64,000 nt of DNA from positions 6,510,001-6,574,000 of the forward strand of contig OZ024758.1 in assembly GCA_964016885.1 (NCBI GenBank), in the 5' to 3' direction. The notes under the pieces were generated by a model that worked only from the letters and a program-made list of their open reading frames with translations, was not told the DNA's origin and did not search any database. The position numbers and the translations under genes were made by a program. Source of the stretch: Eledone cirrhosa. Lineage: Eukaryota. Positions 1 to 15,008 of the stretch are shown in pieces (positions within the stretch are counted from its first letter, which is position 1; every line of letters starts with the position of its first letter).

Positions 1-159
1 ACAGTATAAAGTTAATGCGTTCTGTAATTCCTATGGTGGACGTTTTGTGCAAATATTCAGTTAAAAGGATTTAATAGCTGAAGTTTTATGCTGATTTCAA
101 GGTCGATAAAAAACTACTAGTTATGTACTGGGATTGATCCTTGTTTCCTTGAGCAAGAG

Positions 160-403
160 ACTTTATTTCACGTTGCTCCAGTTTACTCAGCTGTAGAAAT
201 GAGATGATAGGGACTGGGGTCCCTATCATTCCACTGCAAAGTGGTCGTGGAGGTGCCACGGCAAAAAAAGAACCCAGCACTCACTGTAAATGAGGTTGGT
301 GTTAGAAAGGGCATCCAGCTGTAGAAATCAAGCCAGAATCAGTTCCCGTCCCACCCTTGCAAGCAGGGAAAAGCGGACGTAAAATGATGATGATGATGAT
401 GAT
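160..403 (+). mobile_element. SINE fragment with (ATG)n tail; related pieces at about 60123-60191 and 62062-62108
   Basis: Motif gttggtgttagaaagggcatccagctgtagaaa, tandem gat tail, and a shared atgataggga/tccctatcat hairpin. Confidence 0.55.
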
Positions 404-744
404 CCTTACTTTTATTCTCTCATTCTATCCTTCTAAGGAACAAATCTGTTGTATTCAGACCTGAGAAGCAATGACCTTTGCCATGTTTTAAAACATGGCA
501 TAGAAACGCCGTATATCAGCATGTCGCCCTTACTACTCCGTTCCCTTAACTTACAGAATCATATCATACATGACCATATTACAAAAGAAGAAACTGACAT
601 TTTCTCAACAGTTTTAATGAGTTTCGTAGAACTGAAATACATTATAATTGTAATATAGCAGAAATGGACAAATATGTCTCATTGTGTTATACCAGTTCAT
701 TTCGCTCAGTTGTTTCAATTTCTTATGGCAGATGAATATATGAT

Positions 745-819
<75 letters not shown>

Positions 820-897
820 TAAATATATGTATTTATATGTATATATTTATATATATATATATATATATATGCATAAATATATGTATTTATATATATA

Positions 898-899
<2 letters not shown>

Positions 900-934
<35 letters not shown>

Positions 935-938
935 GTTA

Positions 939-974
<36 letters not shown>

Positions 975-978
975 GTTA

Positions 979-1014
<36 letters not shown>

Positions 1015-1050
1015 GTTAGTATATATATATATATATATATATAAACGTTA

Positions 1051-1088
<38 letters not shown>

Positions 1089-1092
1089 GTTA

Positions 1093-1128
<36 letters not shown>

Positions 1129-1192
1129 GTTAGTATATATATATATATGTATATATATATATAAGCGTTAGTATATATATATATAAACGTTA

Positions 1193-1240
<48 letters not shown>

Positions 1241-1244
1241 GTTA

Positions 1245-1283
<39 letters not shown>

Positions 1284-1288
1284 CGTTA

Positions 1289-1335
<47 letters not shown>

Positions 1336-1340
1336 CGTTA

Positions 1341-1380
<40 letters not shown>

Positions 1381-1544
1381 GTTAGTATATATATATATAT
1401 ATATATATAAACGTTAGTATATATATATATATATATATATAAACGTTAGTATATATATATATATATATATAAACGTTAGTATATATATATATATATATAT
1501 ATAAGCGTTAGTATATATATATATATATATATATATAAGCGTTA

Positions 1545-1593
<49 letters not shown>

Positions 1594-1655
1594 CGTTAGT
1601 ATATATATATATATATATATATGTATATAAACATTAGTATATATATATATATAAC
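900..1655. repeat. Compound (TA)n-AA(A/G)CGTTAG repeat
   Basis: Many AAACGTTAG/AAGCGTTAG units separated by TA runs of variable length. Confidence 0.92.
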
Positions 1656-2034
1656 TAGATAACAATTTCCATATATATGAATTCCTTTATTAAACAGTCT
1701 GTAAATTTAGACCTATCCATATACTAGACACGTTTCTGCATGAATTATCATATTTCATCAATTTTATGGTCAACCTCGGGCAACATCGTTAAAAATTGAG
1801 CTCGGCTCCATGGCAGAGAATACATAGTGGTAGCATTTCCCTCATTTACTTCTAATATGTTATTGTCAATTACAAATATAAGCAAGTATATAAGCACGCT
1901 TTCTTTATACATGAAAATCAATCTGATTATATATGAAAATAAAACATCGTCGACCTCGTATGTGTGTCTTTGTGCCTGTATGTATGTATATGTGTATGTG
2001 TGTGTATATATATATATATAAATTAATAAAATAA

Positions 2035-2082
<48 letters not shown>

Positions 2083-2090
2083 CGTGTGTG

Positions 2091-2222
2091 CTTCCTGATA
2101 ATTTCTCCCGAATGAAACAGTTCTAGTCCTGTAGACGCCTTTCTATATTAAATATTTATACTCCGCTTAATATTGAGTACCTTACTTGCTGTGGTTACCC
2201 CCGATTGAACCCAGGATAAACT
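2091..2222 (+). mobile_element. Family A cassette (single arm, core CUGAUAA)
   Basis: Homologous to 48802-48934, including gaaacagttctagtcctgta and ttgagtacc. Ends in (TA)n. Confidence 0.75.
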
Positions 2223-2275
<53 letters not shown>

Positions 2276-2313
2276 GAGAAAACACTGGAAGGTAATATCC
2301 ATGGGACGAGTTT

Positions 2314-2341
<28 letters not shown>

Positions 2342-2351
<10 letters not shown>

Positions 2352-2538
2352 TAACAGATTCAAGTTTAAGCAAAAAATCGGTGTTTTCAACCTTAACGAG
2401 TGAAAGCAGCGATTCTTTGCTTAAACTTTAATCTGTTATTTTAATATATATTTGCTCAACGCGTTTTTACATATATTTTATATATATATTTATCCTTATC
2501 GAGCCCTCTTCGGATTTTAGTCTTCTCATTTATTATTG

Positions 2539-2540
<2 letters not shown>
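2342..2540. repeat. Fold-back cassette in (TA)n; homologous copy at about 11520-11670 (-)
   Basis: attaaaataacagattcaagtttaagcaaa pairs with tttgcttaaactttaatctgttattttaat. The same arm occurs at 11605-11650. Confidence 0.7.
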
Positions 2541-2576
<36 letters not shown>

Positions 2577-3437
2577 AGATACAGGGAAAGGAGAGAGACA
2601 GAGAAAAGGGAGAGAGGAGGACTGCTATATATCACATGGTGAAATAATCAGAGACATTTGTCAGAGAAATGTAAGTAACTTTGTCATGAAATGAGTGGGA
2701 GATTTTATGCATTATCTTATAACATTGATAATTATTTTTATCTTAGACTTGATACAAATCTACACTATTTTTCTGGAAGGAAAATTCGTATTTAATTCAA
2801 CTCTGTCCCAACAAAATGGAGGTGAAAATTGGTGAACAGCGATAGTGTCAAAATCGCAGCATAATCTCGCAAGTTTTTTTTATTGTGCTTGACACGAAAT
2901 AACATTATTTGCTGAGAAGCCTAAATTCGGTGTAAAATAACTTTAGTATAGACGTTTTTTTTTTTCATAGAATATCTCATTTCTGAGTTGAAGGTGGTAA
3001 GGGTCGTCTTGATTTGATTGTTATAGAGAATTCTAGAGCTGGTTTCCTTCAGCAAAAATGTAGACTAGATTGCTTAATGCAATTATTTATACGTCTGTAT
3101 AATTTCCGTTCTAAGTTCAAATGCTGTTTTGGTCGTTTGTTATTCATATCTCCATATCGATCAAATTGATATCAGAACTAAACAATATTCCATGAGTTTT
3201 ATCTCTCGTCTATAGAAATTGGAAAATATATCAATGTCAGAATATTCCTATATCTACTTCCTTTGAATTATGACATCGTTTTATCCAATACAAAAGTAAT
3301 AAAATAGATGTGTTGTTATTTTTTCAGTCGGTTTTACTCTACTTTGTATTAATAGTCTACGTTATATGTATAAGCATACACACACATACATACATACACA
3401 CATACACACATATATACACATGCTTATACATATAACC

Positions 3438-3620
3438 GTTTCTTCTTTTGGCACAAGGCCAGCAAATACCCAGTGCATTACTGGTACTTTATTTTATCGA
3501 CCCCGTAAGGATGAAATCCTGCCGAGATTAACTTTGCCTTTCATCCTTACAGGATCGATAAAATAAAGTACCAGTAATACACTGGGATAATTTCTGGCCT
3601 TGTGCCAAAAGTAGAAACAG
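3438..3620. mobile_element. Head-to-head inverted pair of SINE 3' halves
   Basis: 3438-3516 (-) and 3516-3620 (+) share cttgtgccaaaag and gataaaataaagtaccagtaat. Confidence 0.75.
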
Positions 3621-3833
3621 TTATATGTATAAGCATGTGTATATATGTGTGTATATGTGTGTATATCTGTGTGTGTGTGTATGTATGTTTACATGTGTGG
3701 GTGTGTGTATGTGTTTGCACGCGCGTGTGTGTGTGTGTGTGTTTGCATGCGTGTGCAAAATATCGAAACTTAAAAAGTACATAAATCTTCCGTCGCTTTC
3801 GACGAAGTATATTTTGGTTGTTTAATCAATAGA

Positions 3834-3962
3834 GCTTAAGACTCAGGTGGGGCTTAAGACTCAGGTGGGGCTTAAGACTCAGGTGGGGCTTAAGACTCAG
3901 GTGGGGCTTAAGACTCAGGTGGGGCTTAAGACTCAGGTGGGGCTTAAGACTCAGGTGGGGCT
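3834..3962. repeat. 18-bp minisatellite x7
   Basis: (gcttaagactcaggtggg)n. Confidence 0.95.
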
Positions 3963-4379
3963 GAATGTTTAAGAAGTTTTTCTCGCCATCATAAAGTTCT
4001 AGATGCTATTCTAAAGTGCAATGCTTTCATTTTATAATAGATTCGGGTCAACCAATGTTTTAGTAGTGAAATTTAGTAGATGAAAACTGTGTGGAAGTCT
4101 CTAGGGTTGTTTATAATTGTTTCTACTTTTGGCACAAGACCAGCAATTATCCCAGTGCATTACTGGTACTTTATTTTTTCGACCCCGTAAGGTTTAAAGG
4201 CAAAGTTAACCTCGGCGGGACTGGAACTCAGAACGTAAAGAGCCATAACTCTATGCTGCAACGCATGGTGTCTGACGCTCTACCGATACTGCCAATTGAG
4301 GGTTGTCTATAATGATAATTCAGACAGTCTTATATCATATTGCCGCGTTAAGTCTACGCGAGGATGGCATTAAGAGGAC

Positions 4380-4662
4380 TTTTTCTCTCTCTGTCTGAAG
4401 CCAGAAGCTCATTTGGCTGGTGCTTATCCCGCTTTCATGGCGTGAAGCGACTGAGAGTACTAGACTCCCCCTGGACGGGACACCAGGCCATCGCAGGGTT
4501 AAACCCCCAGTTATTGCTGGTACTCATGTTCAGCTTAGTATACTGGAGCAAGGTGAAATGAAGTGTTTTGTTCAAGAACACAACAGGCAACCCAGGAATG
4601 GAACCCACGACATTATGATCGCAAGTCCAACACCCTTACCACTAGGCCACGTGCCTCCACCA
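4380..4662 (-). mobile_element. tRNA-derived SINE with Meta-like domain
   Basis: Minus-strand tRNA head ggcacgtggcctagtggtaaggg, then aaccctgcgatggcctggtgtcccgtccaggggg..tcgcttcacgc, which resembles the MetaSINE core. Confidence 0.7.
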
Positions 4663-5087
4663 TTAAGAGTGCACGTGCTTGTAAATACACAACTACTTAC
4701 TCTACAATTCAATTAACTAATATTTCCGTCAGTTAAACAATTGCAATACTTATCTTCGAAATCAACGTAGGATGAGTTTACTGTTTTTATATTTAACTAA
4801 AAATTAACAGCTTTCGGAAATTTCTAAATTAAATTACAGAAATTAATGTACAATTTTAATACTGACAGCAAAACACCGATTGGGAAATCAAATATTCTAG
4901 ACTTATTCGTGATGCCAATGTATTGCATTCAAACAATTCAGATTGTTCAATACGTGAGAAGAATTAAACATTTTATTCAACGAAAAAACGAAAAGATTCA
5001 ATTGAGAATCTGATAAGGCATATGGGAATAAATAACCATGACTAACCAGAAATTAACTACATTTCAAAAGCTATGGTATGAGGGAAG

Positions 5088-5393
5088 AGAGATCACTGTA
5101 AATGGCTTATAGTATAATGAACTCAACTTCTCAAATTCCATTTGAAACATAAAAAAATATTAGTAACAGAATATTTTTTTATATCAAAATAATTGATGTC
5201 CAATTTAAAAGGAATAAAAATTATTCCGGAAATAACATTTTGAGATCACTGTAATTGGCTTATAGTATAATGAACTCAACTGCTCAAATTCCATTTGAAT
5301 CATAAAAAATGATTAGTAAGGGAATTTTTTTTATATCAAAATAATAGATATCCAATTTAAAAGGAATAAACATTATTCCGGAAATAACATTTT
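5088..5393. repeat. About 153-bp direct tandem duplication
   Basis: gagatcactgtaa.tggcttatagtataatgaactcaac...attattccggaaataacattttg occurs twice. Confidence 0.85.
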
Positions 5394-5544
5394 GTATTTT
5401 TGTTATACATCTAATAAAATATTTTTGAAATTCCATATTGTCAAGAAAGAATAATTTTATATATATATATAATAGATTTCATACATCATTTACTTCCTCT
5501 CTCTTATTATTATTGTTGTTGTTGTTATTATCATTGTTGTTATA

Positions 5545-5815
5545 ATACCGTATAGTTTGAGTACTCTTGACTTGACAATTGATGTAATTGGTCTAAGTTT
5601 GGTAATGTTGAGCAGCTCACTGATACAGATACGGTCGCTGAGCCACTTGCCAGTCATAAGTCTCATGATGTGGTTCTGGAATGTAGAGAGCTTCTGAAGT
5701 GACCTTGTCGTCAAATTAACACAGTCAAGACTATATAACACAACTGGTAGGATGTAAGTATCGAAAATCTTAGCCTTCAAATGATCTCAAAGTATCTTAA
5801 CATTCACTGGAAAAC
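5545..5815 (-). mobile_element. RTE-like LINE RT C-terminal fragment
   Basis: KAKIFDTYILPVVLYSLDCVNLT..KLSTFQNHIMRLMTG..LSDRI. Confidence 0.75.
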
Positions 5816-8496
5816 TGGTTTCGACAATGGTAATAAGTTGCTTTTGTTTCAGTTCACGTTGCATTTATTTGCGATTCAGATACGAATATTCCTTTGCGTT
5901 GCCGTGTGTGGGTGTTCGAGACGTCAGCAGTATTTTAATACTTACTTGTCATTCCTGCAAATGAAATCTCAAATTGTTTTAACAAGACTCTATTTCTGTA
6001 TAGGAATGTAGTGTATTGATTATAATTACAACTAATACTTTGGGGAATACAATAAGATAATTAAATGCTTTCTGAACTTACAATAGAATGTAGTCTATTC
6101 GGTATTTTGGATCGCTTCTAATTGGATTTATTATTTCATTACTTCTACTACTAAAGGCGGTGGATTGGCAGTATTGGTAGAGTGTCTGACGCCATGCTTT
6201 TACAGCATAGAGATACGACCCTTTACGGTCTGAGTTCAAATCCCGCCGAGGTTAACTTTGCTTTTCATCCTTACGGAGGTCGATAAAATAAAGTACCAGT
6301 CACGTACTGGGGTCGATTTAATCGACTTTCCCCTCCCCCAAATTATAGGCCATGTGCCTATACTAGAAATCATTATTTCCTTACTTCTGCTACTTAGGGC
6401 GGTGAATTGGCAGTGTCGGTAGAGGGCCGGACGCCATGCTTTGCATCATAGGGTTAAGTTCCTTTATGATCTGAGTTCCTTTATGTCTTATATATATTAT
6501 ACTAAGAACAACTTAGTATAATATATTTTCATCAATAACAATGTATTTTTATCTGCCATAGCTTAAAATTGGATCGACCGAGACGTCGTTAATGGTGATA
6601 TAAGTAATTTTCTCGAGCTCAACTATTAGTTTGGAACATTTATCTCTATCAGGATAAAACATTACGGATATATTGCTGCCTTGAGTGCTGTGGATATTTT
6701 CACCATATCTTTTAGTTGTCAGTAGCAACATCATCGTTTTATTAGTATTTATGGTTGTGATAGGGACTATTTTCTCATGCTTCTTCAAGTTTACGCAATC
6801 ACATTATTGGTTCTCGGTATTTCTTTATTCCTTTTGGGCAATACTATTGAACATAATAATTAGTATTTAGACATCGTGTCACCATCATTTCGATTGATGG
6901 AATCAGTATTGAAATATCATATAACCAAACCCATCATGCTAAAAATTCTTTAGATAGTAGATACGTAAATATTGTAGTCTTTGGGACAACTATATCGAAT
7001 TTGTCGGCGTATCCACCAATTACAACATCAATTACAATGATGATACTTTTACGAATAGAAAAACTCGTTGTCAAGTCACTGATGCTAATCAGATAGTAGC
7101 AAGTAATTCGTCCAAGATTTCATGATTAACTTACATTAACTTCTCGACTTTCCATTCACAATTATCAGTAATTTACCTGAGTTGTTTCACAAATCACTAA
7201 TTCGACAAATCTCAATTTTGAAGGCATGCCTTACGTTTAAAAATCGTCTTTTAACCCTAGGTGGTTCACTGAGAATGACAAAAACAACCAACGTTCAAAA
7301 TATCTGATAGAATAAAATATCATTTATATTATAAATGATATTATAAATTTTATAATATATCAAATAATTGTTTCTACTTTTGGCACAAGGCCAGAAATTA
7401 TCCCAGTGTATTACTGGTACTTTATTTTATCGACCCCGTAAGGATGAATGGCAAAGTCAACCTCGGCGGAATTTGATATTAATAATACTATATAGTTGTA
7501 AACAATATTATTGGCTATTTAATATCATATTTCACTAATATTATCATTTTCATTATTCCTGTATGTACGGGATACAATCACAAGATGTTTTTCTATTATT
7601 AGATCTCCTCAGCAAAACATAGTCTTCGCTGTTGGCGATGTAGTGAAGAAATAGTCAGTAATAAGGATATAGTACTTTGTCTGATGTACAATATCTTCCG
7701 TATTTACCGGAAATATAAAAATAATATTATCCGTTAATCACTATTCTCTTTCTTTTTCTCGTGGCATAATTATTTATAATTAGCAATTTAAAGCTTTCAC
7801 AAGACATTTGTTAACATTAACCTAACATATATGAGTGCAAGAGTTTGTATGTGTTTGTTGATTTATCTCCTTGTTTGTTTTTATGTATATGTACATGTGT
7901 TTTGTATTTTTCGTTTTAATTTCTTTCTGGTTTATTTTAGTTTGTTTGGTTTTATTTCATATTAGTCCTAAACGTAACCGACAAGTTATAAAAAGCCATT
8001 ACAAAGCGGTAGAAATATATAAAGGGCAAAGGATGAGAAATAAAACAAAACAAAGTAATGTTTTACCCAGTATATTTCAGGGCTTATATTCCTCTTATCA
8101 AATGTGAACAAAAACAAACGATAGATGTGTACTTCGTTAACTGGTATATGTGTGTGAAATATGTAAACCGAGGGAATACTACCGTCAATATTACCGTATA
8201 TTACTGGAATATATTACTGTAGCCCAGTCAAATGTCTAAGTCTAACTAAGCGAATTTTGGACACGGAACCTAGATAGAAGAAACCTCTGGTGGTTTAGAG
8301 ATTCACTTCGCAACCTTGTAGCTCTGATATCAGGTTTGATTCGTGGCACACTGGGCAAGAGTCTTCTAGCATCGGGTTCTCTAATGCTTTGTGTGTATAT
8401 ATATACAAATGGAAGTTTAGTAAAATCGAAGTTTTGGCGGTGGCCAGGCTAACGATATACAATTAGGAATGTGAAGGAAAGCACTCGATTAGGTTG

Positions 8497-8682
8497 TGAT
8501 AAAGTTATATCTGTTTACATGATAAAGTTATATCTGTTTACATGATAAAGTTATATCTGTTTACATGTCTATATATTAAAGATGTGTATATAAATGTGTA
8601 TATATATATGTATACACATCTTTAATATATAGACATGTAAACAGATATAACTTTATCATGTAAACAGATATAACTTTATCAT
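8497..8682. repeat. 23-bp tandem unit plus inverted copy
   Basis: (atgataaagttatatctgtttac) x3, then a mirror-image reverse complement around a TA-rich centre. Confidence 0.75.
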
Positions 8683-8786
8683 ACACTTCGGCTGCTTGAC
8701 ACACACGCACGCACGCACGCACGCACGCACGCAGTCTCGATAACCCATATCCACTCTGTATATATACTGATATAAATTTATAAATT

Positions 8787-8817
<31 letters not shown>

Positions 8818-8893
8818 TAAGTGAGTGAGTGCGTGTGTGTAAGAGAGAATGTGAGTGACAATGTGTGTATATGTGAATAATTGAGTGTGTGTA

Positions 8894-8930
<37 letters not shown>

Positions 8931-8984
8931 GATAAACAGAAATAACAACACAATCGGTACAGCATATGGAAGGGATATATTAGG

Positions 8985-9025
<41 letters not shown>

Positions 9026-9090
9026 TGTGTGTGTGTGTTGGTATGTGTGTATTTATGTATATATCTCTATATTAATATTGTATACATATT

Positions 9091-9146
<56 letters not shown>

Positions 9147-9289
9147 TATATACATACATACATTCATACACACACACACACATATATTTATATATATTTA
9201 TATATGCATACTTACATATATATATATAATGTAAATATGCATATATAAATATATATAAATATATGTGTGTGTATGTGTGTGTATGTATG

Positions 9290-9320
<31 letters not shown>

Positions 9321-9646
9321 ATATGCATATATATGTATATATATATTCAAGAATCATTTATCTTTACTTAAATCTTATTTGTTTAAGCCATTCGACAATA
9401 TATAGAATTATTGAATATTTTTCTTCTATACACCGTAAATTTTAATAGAATCAAATATTTGTTGATTTAGATAACCGAACATAAAGATGAATTAGTGTGA
9501 CTAAGAATCCATGAAATTAAATGATATTGAATATTACAGATAATACGCACACATGCAGAGGCATATACTCATATATATATATATATATATATAATTGAAA
9601 AAGTGGACAATAACATGGTCAACAGTACAAAAAAGGGGATTTATTT

Positions 9647-9758
9647 ATAGTTTAACAATTGTTTCACTGATAGAGTTGTCTAAAAATTGCTGAACACTAA
9701 AAGCAGTGCCACTCAATTTTAAATACGATGTTAACTCTATTAAATCTTCGGAAACTGT
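9647..9758 (-). ncRNA. Decayed hammerhead (core CCGAAGA)
   Basis: Minus strand reads AGUUU-CCGAAGA-..AUAGAGUU...AACUCUAU..-GAAAC-AAUU-GUU-AAACU, then AAUAAA. Flanked by (TA)n. Confidence 0.55.
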
Positions 9759-10430
9759 TTAAAAAAATATATATATATGTAACCGGCAAACTTACAAATT
9801 CAAATTACATCATCAATAATTGTTTCTACGTTTGGCACAAGGCCACCAATTGTATTACTGGTACTTTATTTTATCGACCCCGTAAGGATGAAAGGCAAAG
9901 TTAACCTCGGTGGAATTTGAACTCAGAATGGCAAGGGCCGTAACTCTATGCGTCAAGGCATGGCGTCCGACTCCCTACCGATACTGCCAATCCACAAATA
10001 ATGTAAATTCTACATAATCAGAAAAGATGTGAAACTCGAAAGCAACAACAACAACCAACAGAATTTAATGTTTAACTTGCAAACACACTGACAAGAATTG
10101 ATGCTTTTTTTTCTCATATTTCCTGCCAACCAATAGACTATGGAAGCTGTATATGGTTGCTCAACGTCCTAGAAATAGCAGTAACATCCTATAGAAATCA
10201 TTCCTCCCTGTCTTCAATACGCAGCAACACATTAAACAACATGGACTTACATGAACAAAAAGCCGGTTGGATATGAATGGGAAAATGTTCAGAACATATT
10301 TCACTAGTTCAGGAGTAAACAATAACTTCTCCATTGCTCCATGGTTGAATTTCGAGTTAAAGGTTACCATGAATAGATTCATACACAGCAATCTACATAG
10401 TGAAGTATTTGATATATATATACATATATG

Positions 10431-10506
<76 letters not shown>

Positions 10507-10653
10507 GTAGGAGGTGAGTTTTATTGTAGCACAATAAAGCAATTCAAATATCGGATAAGTAGCACTCAACAGTTTATAGGACTGGATTTAATATGTTGAT
10601 TTAATATGTTGATTTAACACTTCACTGCTCGCAAGTATTTTTTAATGTCTCCC

Positions 10654-10724
10654 TATTTTATCTGATGAAAACGCAAATATCATCCCATAATGATATTTGT
10701 TTTTGAAATGCGCATAATAAAATA
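10654..10724 (+). ncRNA. Type I hammerhead ribozyme
   Basis: Stem I UAUUUUAU/AUAAAAUA (8 bp), CUGAUGA at 10662, about 15-bp stem II with one mismatch, GAAA at 10705, palindromic stem III UGCGCA, AUA triplet. Confidence 0.88.
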
Positions 10725-10759
10725 CATGGAACTCTTTTAACCATCTTTTGATTTTATAT

Positions 10760-10848
<89 letters not shown>

Positions 10849-11337
10849 TTATATATATATATTCATATATTTATATATATGTGTGTGTGTGTGTGTATAT
10901 ATGTATACATATATATATCCCATTGTAGATGTTCTTCGTTGTGGTATTCTGTATGTATCATTTCGTTTAATATTACACAGATACATACATACATACATAC
11001 ATACATACATACATGCATGCATGAAAACATACATTACATACATACATAACATACACACTTATCTACATACATACATACATACATACTTTACATACGTAAT
11101 TTGTTCTCTAGCATTGTATAAGGAAATGTCATTAAACAGTAACCATGGTAATATGTTATATCAAATGCTGTAAATGTTACCTAACTTCAAACATTATTAT
11201 GTTTCTGTTTAATCAGTAACCTAAACATAATTATTAATAATAACACATTCTCACATCTCCCCCCCCCTCTCTCTCTCTCTCTTTATATATATCTATATAT
11301 CTATATATATATATATATATACATATATGTATGTATG

Positions 11338-11379
<42 letters not shown>

Positions 11380-11397
11380 TGTATGTATGTATGTATG

Positions 11398-11430
<33 letters not shown>

Positions 11431-11915
11431 ATATATATATATTTATATATATAAATGTATGTATATATATATGTGTGCGTGTGTGTTTGTATATATATAT
11501 ATAATTAATAGTAATAATAATAAATTTGAAGACTAAAATCCAAAGAGAGCTCGATAAGGATAAATATATATCAAATATAAAAGAACCGTAGAGCAAATAT
11601 TTATTAAAATAACAGATTAAAGTTTAAGCAAAGAATCGCTGCTTTCACCCTTAACGGGATCTTCTGAAACTAAAAAAAAATCAATCTGTGAACGCAGAAG
11701 TAAATATTTCTCACCGTTCCAAATAATGAGGTATTATCTTCGTTTTTGTTCCGTTCTTTGCCAGGGACGTCTCCACGTCCATCGTTTTCCTGTCTTCCTT
11801 CGGTTGCAACATTTTTCGAAATATTTACCTCTGCGATCACTTTCTTCAGCCTGTCAGAAGAAATTGGGGCCCAGAACCCAACGAAAGTTGAGTACCTGTT
11901 TATGTCACAGTTGTA

Positions 11916-11980
<65 letters not shown>

Positions 11981-13185
11981 ATATAACACGTTGAAATTAA
12001 TGACGCCTTACAAATATTTTTTTAAAAAACTAATAGACTGTATTATATTATCAGGGATTCTGAGGTTTGCCTTGTGTACCTAGTTCCTCAGTGGACAAAT
12101 TAGGCGACGAACATGAAACCCCGATGACCAGTTAATCAAAGTATAATTGTTTCTACTTTTGGCACAAGGCCAGTAATTACCCCAGTGCATTACTGGTACT
12201 TTATTTTATCGACCACGTAAGGATAAAAGGCAAAGTTAACCTCGGCGGGATTTGAACTGAGACCGTAAAGGGACGTAACTATGCTGGAAAGCATGGCGTT
12301 AATCAAAGTATAATGCGTGTTTGTGTGTTTGTCTATGTGAGTGCGTGTGTGTCTATGGAGGCGGTTGTGTGAGTGTGTGTGTGAGTGTGTGCTTTCGCTT
12401 ATCTTACGAGTGTGTCTCGTCTATATTTCTTGCTGATATAAACACAGAAACACAGTTACGTACGGTTGTAACAGTATACGACCTGGAAATCAATTACTGG
12501 GAGACAGTTCGACTGGAAACGTGCGACTGGGATGTGTCGTCTCATTATATATATATGTATAAATATATATATATATATGTATGTATAAATATATATATAT
12601 ATATATGTATGTATAAAAATATATATATGTATAAATATATATATATATATATGTGTATAAATATATATAAATATGTATGTATAAATATATATATATATAT
12701 GTATGTATAAATATATATATATATATATGTATGTATAAATATATATATATATATATGTATGTATAAATATATATATATATATATATATGTATGTATAAAT
12801 ATATATATGTATGTATAAATATGTATAAATATATATATATATATATGTATGTATAAATATATATATATATATATATGGATGTATAAATATATATATATGT
12901 ATGTATAAAAATATATATATGTATAAATATATATATATATATATATAAGTATAAATATATATAAATATGTATAAATATGTATAAATATATATATATATGT
13001 ATAAATATATATATATATATGTATAAATATATATAAATATGTATAAATATATATAAATATGTATAAATATATATATAAATATGTATAAATATATATATAT
13101 GTATAAATATATATATATATATGTATAAATATATATATATGCATAAATATATATATATATATGTATAAATATATATATATATATG

Positions 13186-13218
<33 letters not shown>

Positions 13219-13221
<3 letters not shown>

Positions 13222-13404
13222 TGATATTCTACAGGACTAGAACTGTTTCATTCTTGAGAAATCATCAGGAATCCTGATGATTTCTCAAGAATAAAACAGT
13301 TCTAGTCCTGTAGAATCTCATCTATATTAAAACTTTTATACTGTGCTATGTATTGAGTACCTTACTTACTGCGGTTACCTCCGATTCAAGCCGGAATAAC
13401 TTAG

Positions 13405-13405
<1 letters not shown>
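13219..13405 (+). mobile_element. Family A fold-back hammerhead cassette
   Basis: Near-identical to 48744-48934. The + arm has AAAAC instead of GAAAC, while the - arm core is intact. (TA)n on both sides. Confidence 0.82.
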
Positions 13406-13470
<65 letters not shown>

Positions 13471-13659
13471 GGATATATATAGAGAGTGAGAGGGAGAGAG
13501 AGAGAGAGAAAGAGAGAGAAATAAATAGATAGATAGATATATGCATATATATACGTACATATACATATACTTATACATATACATATAAACATATACATAT
13601 ATATATATATATAAATGAAAGGTATAGAAAATATTGTAGCAAAAAGCCAACAGTATTCC

Positions 13660-13715
<56 letters not shown>

Positions 13716-14934
13716 CATATATATATATATTATACATATATATATATTTATACATATATATATATATACATATACATATGATTATACATATATAGTTATA
13801 TGTTTATAGTGCAGTTTCACACAAGAAAAGAACTTTTCGCCATCATTAACAGTTCTGGTAACCACTAAACGGAACTGGCTTTATTAATGTTGGTTTGTTT
13901 GAAATATTGCACAGTATTATGGTCAAACGTTGCTTTAAAATACCATACATATATGATGAGGAGAACTATAAATAGCTGGCGTCTCTTAAACTATGGCCTA
14001 TTACAGTTCTCTTTCAAGAATGCTACAATAGTAATTTTCACACACACACACAGTAGCTTCCATCTATTTATGTGGCGGCTTAACTCATAAATCTGGTGCG
14101 TTTCATTCTGATATTACGTAACCTTCTGTAATTTCCTTCTTCGTTATAGAAAGTAGCGGTTATATAACTGGTTTACAGAAGTAGGAGAGATTTACTTTGT
14201 GAAAGATTATTGAATTCCTTCCATTTTGTTAGCGATCTGAGCAGTGGTGCGATACTCACAACGGAAACAATACTTAAGCTGTGTATGAACCTGTTTCTTC
14301 AATAGTCAATGTAGCTTCCTGTTTCTTTGTTTCAAATGTTCTCAGTATCCATAATATTGGTTATCAACACATTGCAGCTAATCTAGAAATATATTCACAA
14401 AATAAAACATCATTGTACGTATAATAGTCGCGTTTCGCAACATTTCAAATTCTTTAGATCCAGATTGACTTCCTTCAATATCTGTAATATTCTTAAAACT
14501 GTTTGAAACAATCCAGCTATAAAATAAATTGTACATCAAAGTTGAATTGCACAGACATATATATTTATACATTACGCAAATGTATACACACGCACAAGCC
14601 AATGAAAAGTGTTGTGTATAGTTGGTAAGCCTGTTAGATATAGTAGCTAAACATCCCTCGCTTGAATCAAACACTACCGTCGTATAAAAAGGTAAGAACT
14701 TAACATCTTTAAAGGGTGGAATTGTCATGAAGGGAACGCTTTTAATCATAGGTCTGTTTAGTGGAGGCTGACAACTTGAACACTGACATGTACACACACA
14801 CACCACACACTTACATACATATATACAGGCGCTCACACACACACACAAACACACACACACGCACACATGAAGAAATCAATAAACCTTCTTATATGCTTCA
14901 ATATTTTTCTGTAGCTTCTATACCAAAACAATAC

Positions 14935-15008
<74 letters not shown>

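Noticed and set aside
6685-6870. Hydrophobic ORF as a possible earlier GPCR transmembrane exon
   Set aside because: No recognisable class A motifs (GN, LAxxD, DRY, PL) or clear splice sites.
11800-11855. Minus-strand CUGAAGA...GAAA
   Set aside because: No stem I and no NUH-bearing stem III.
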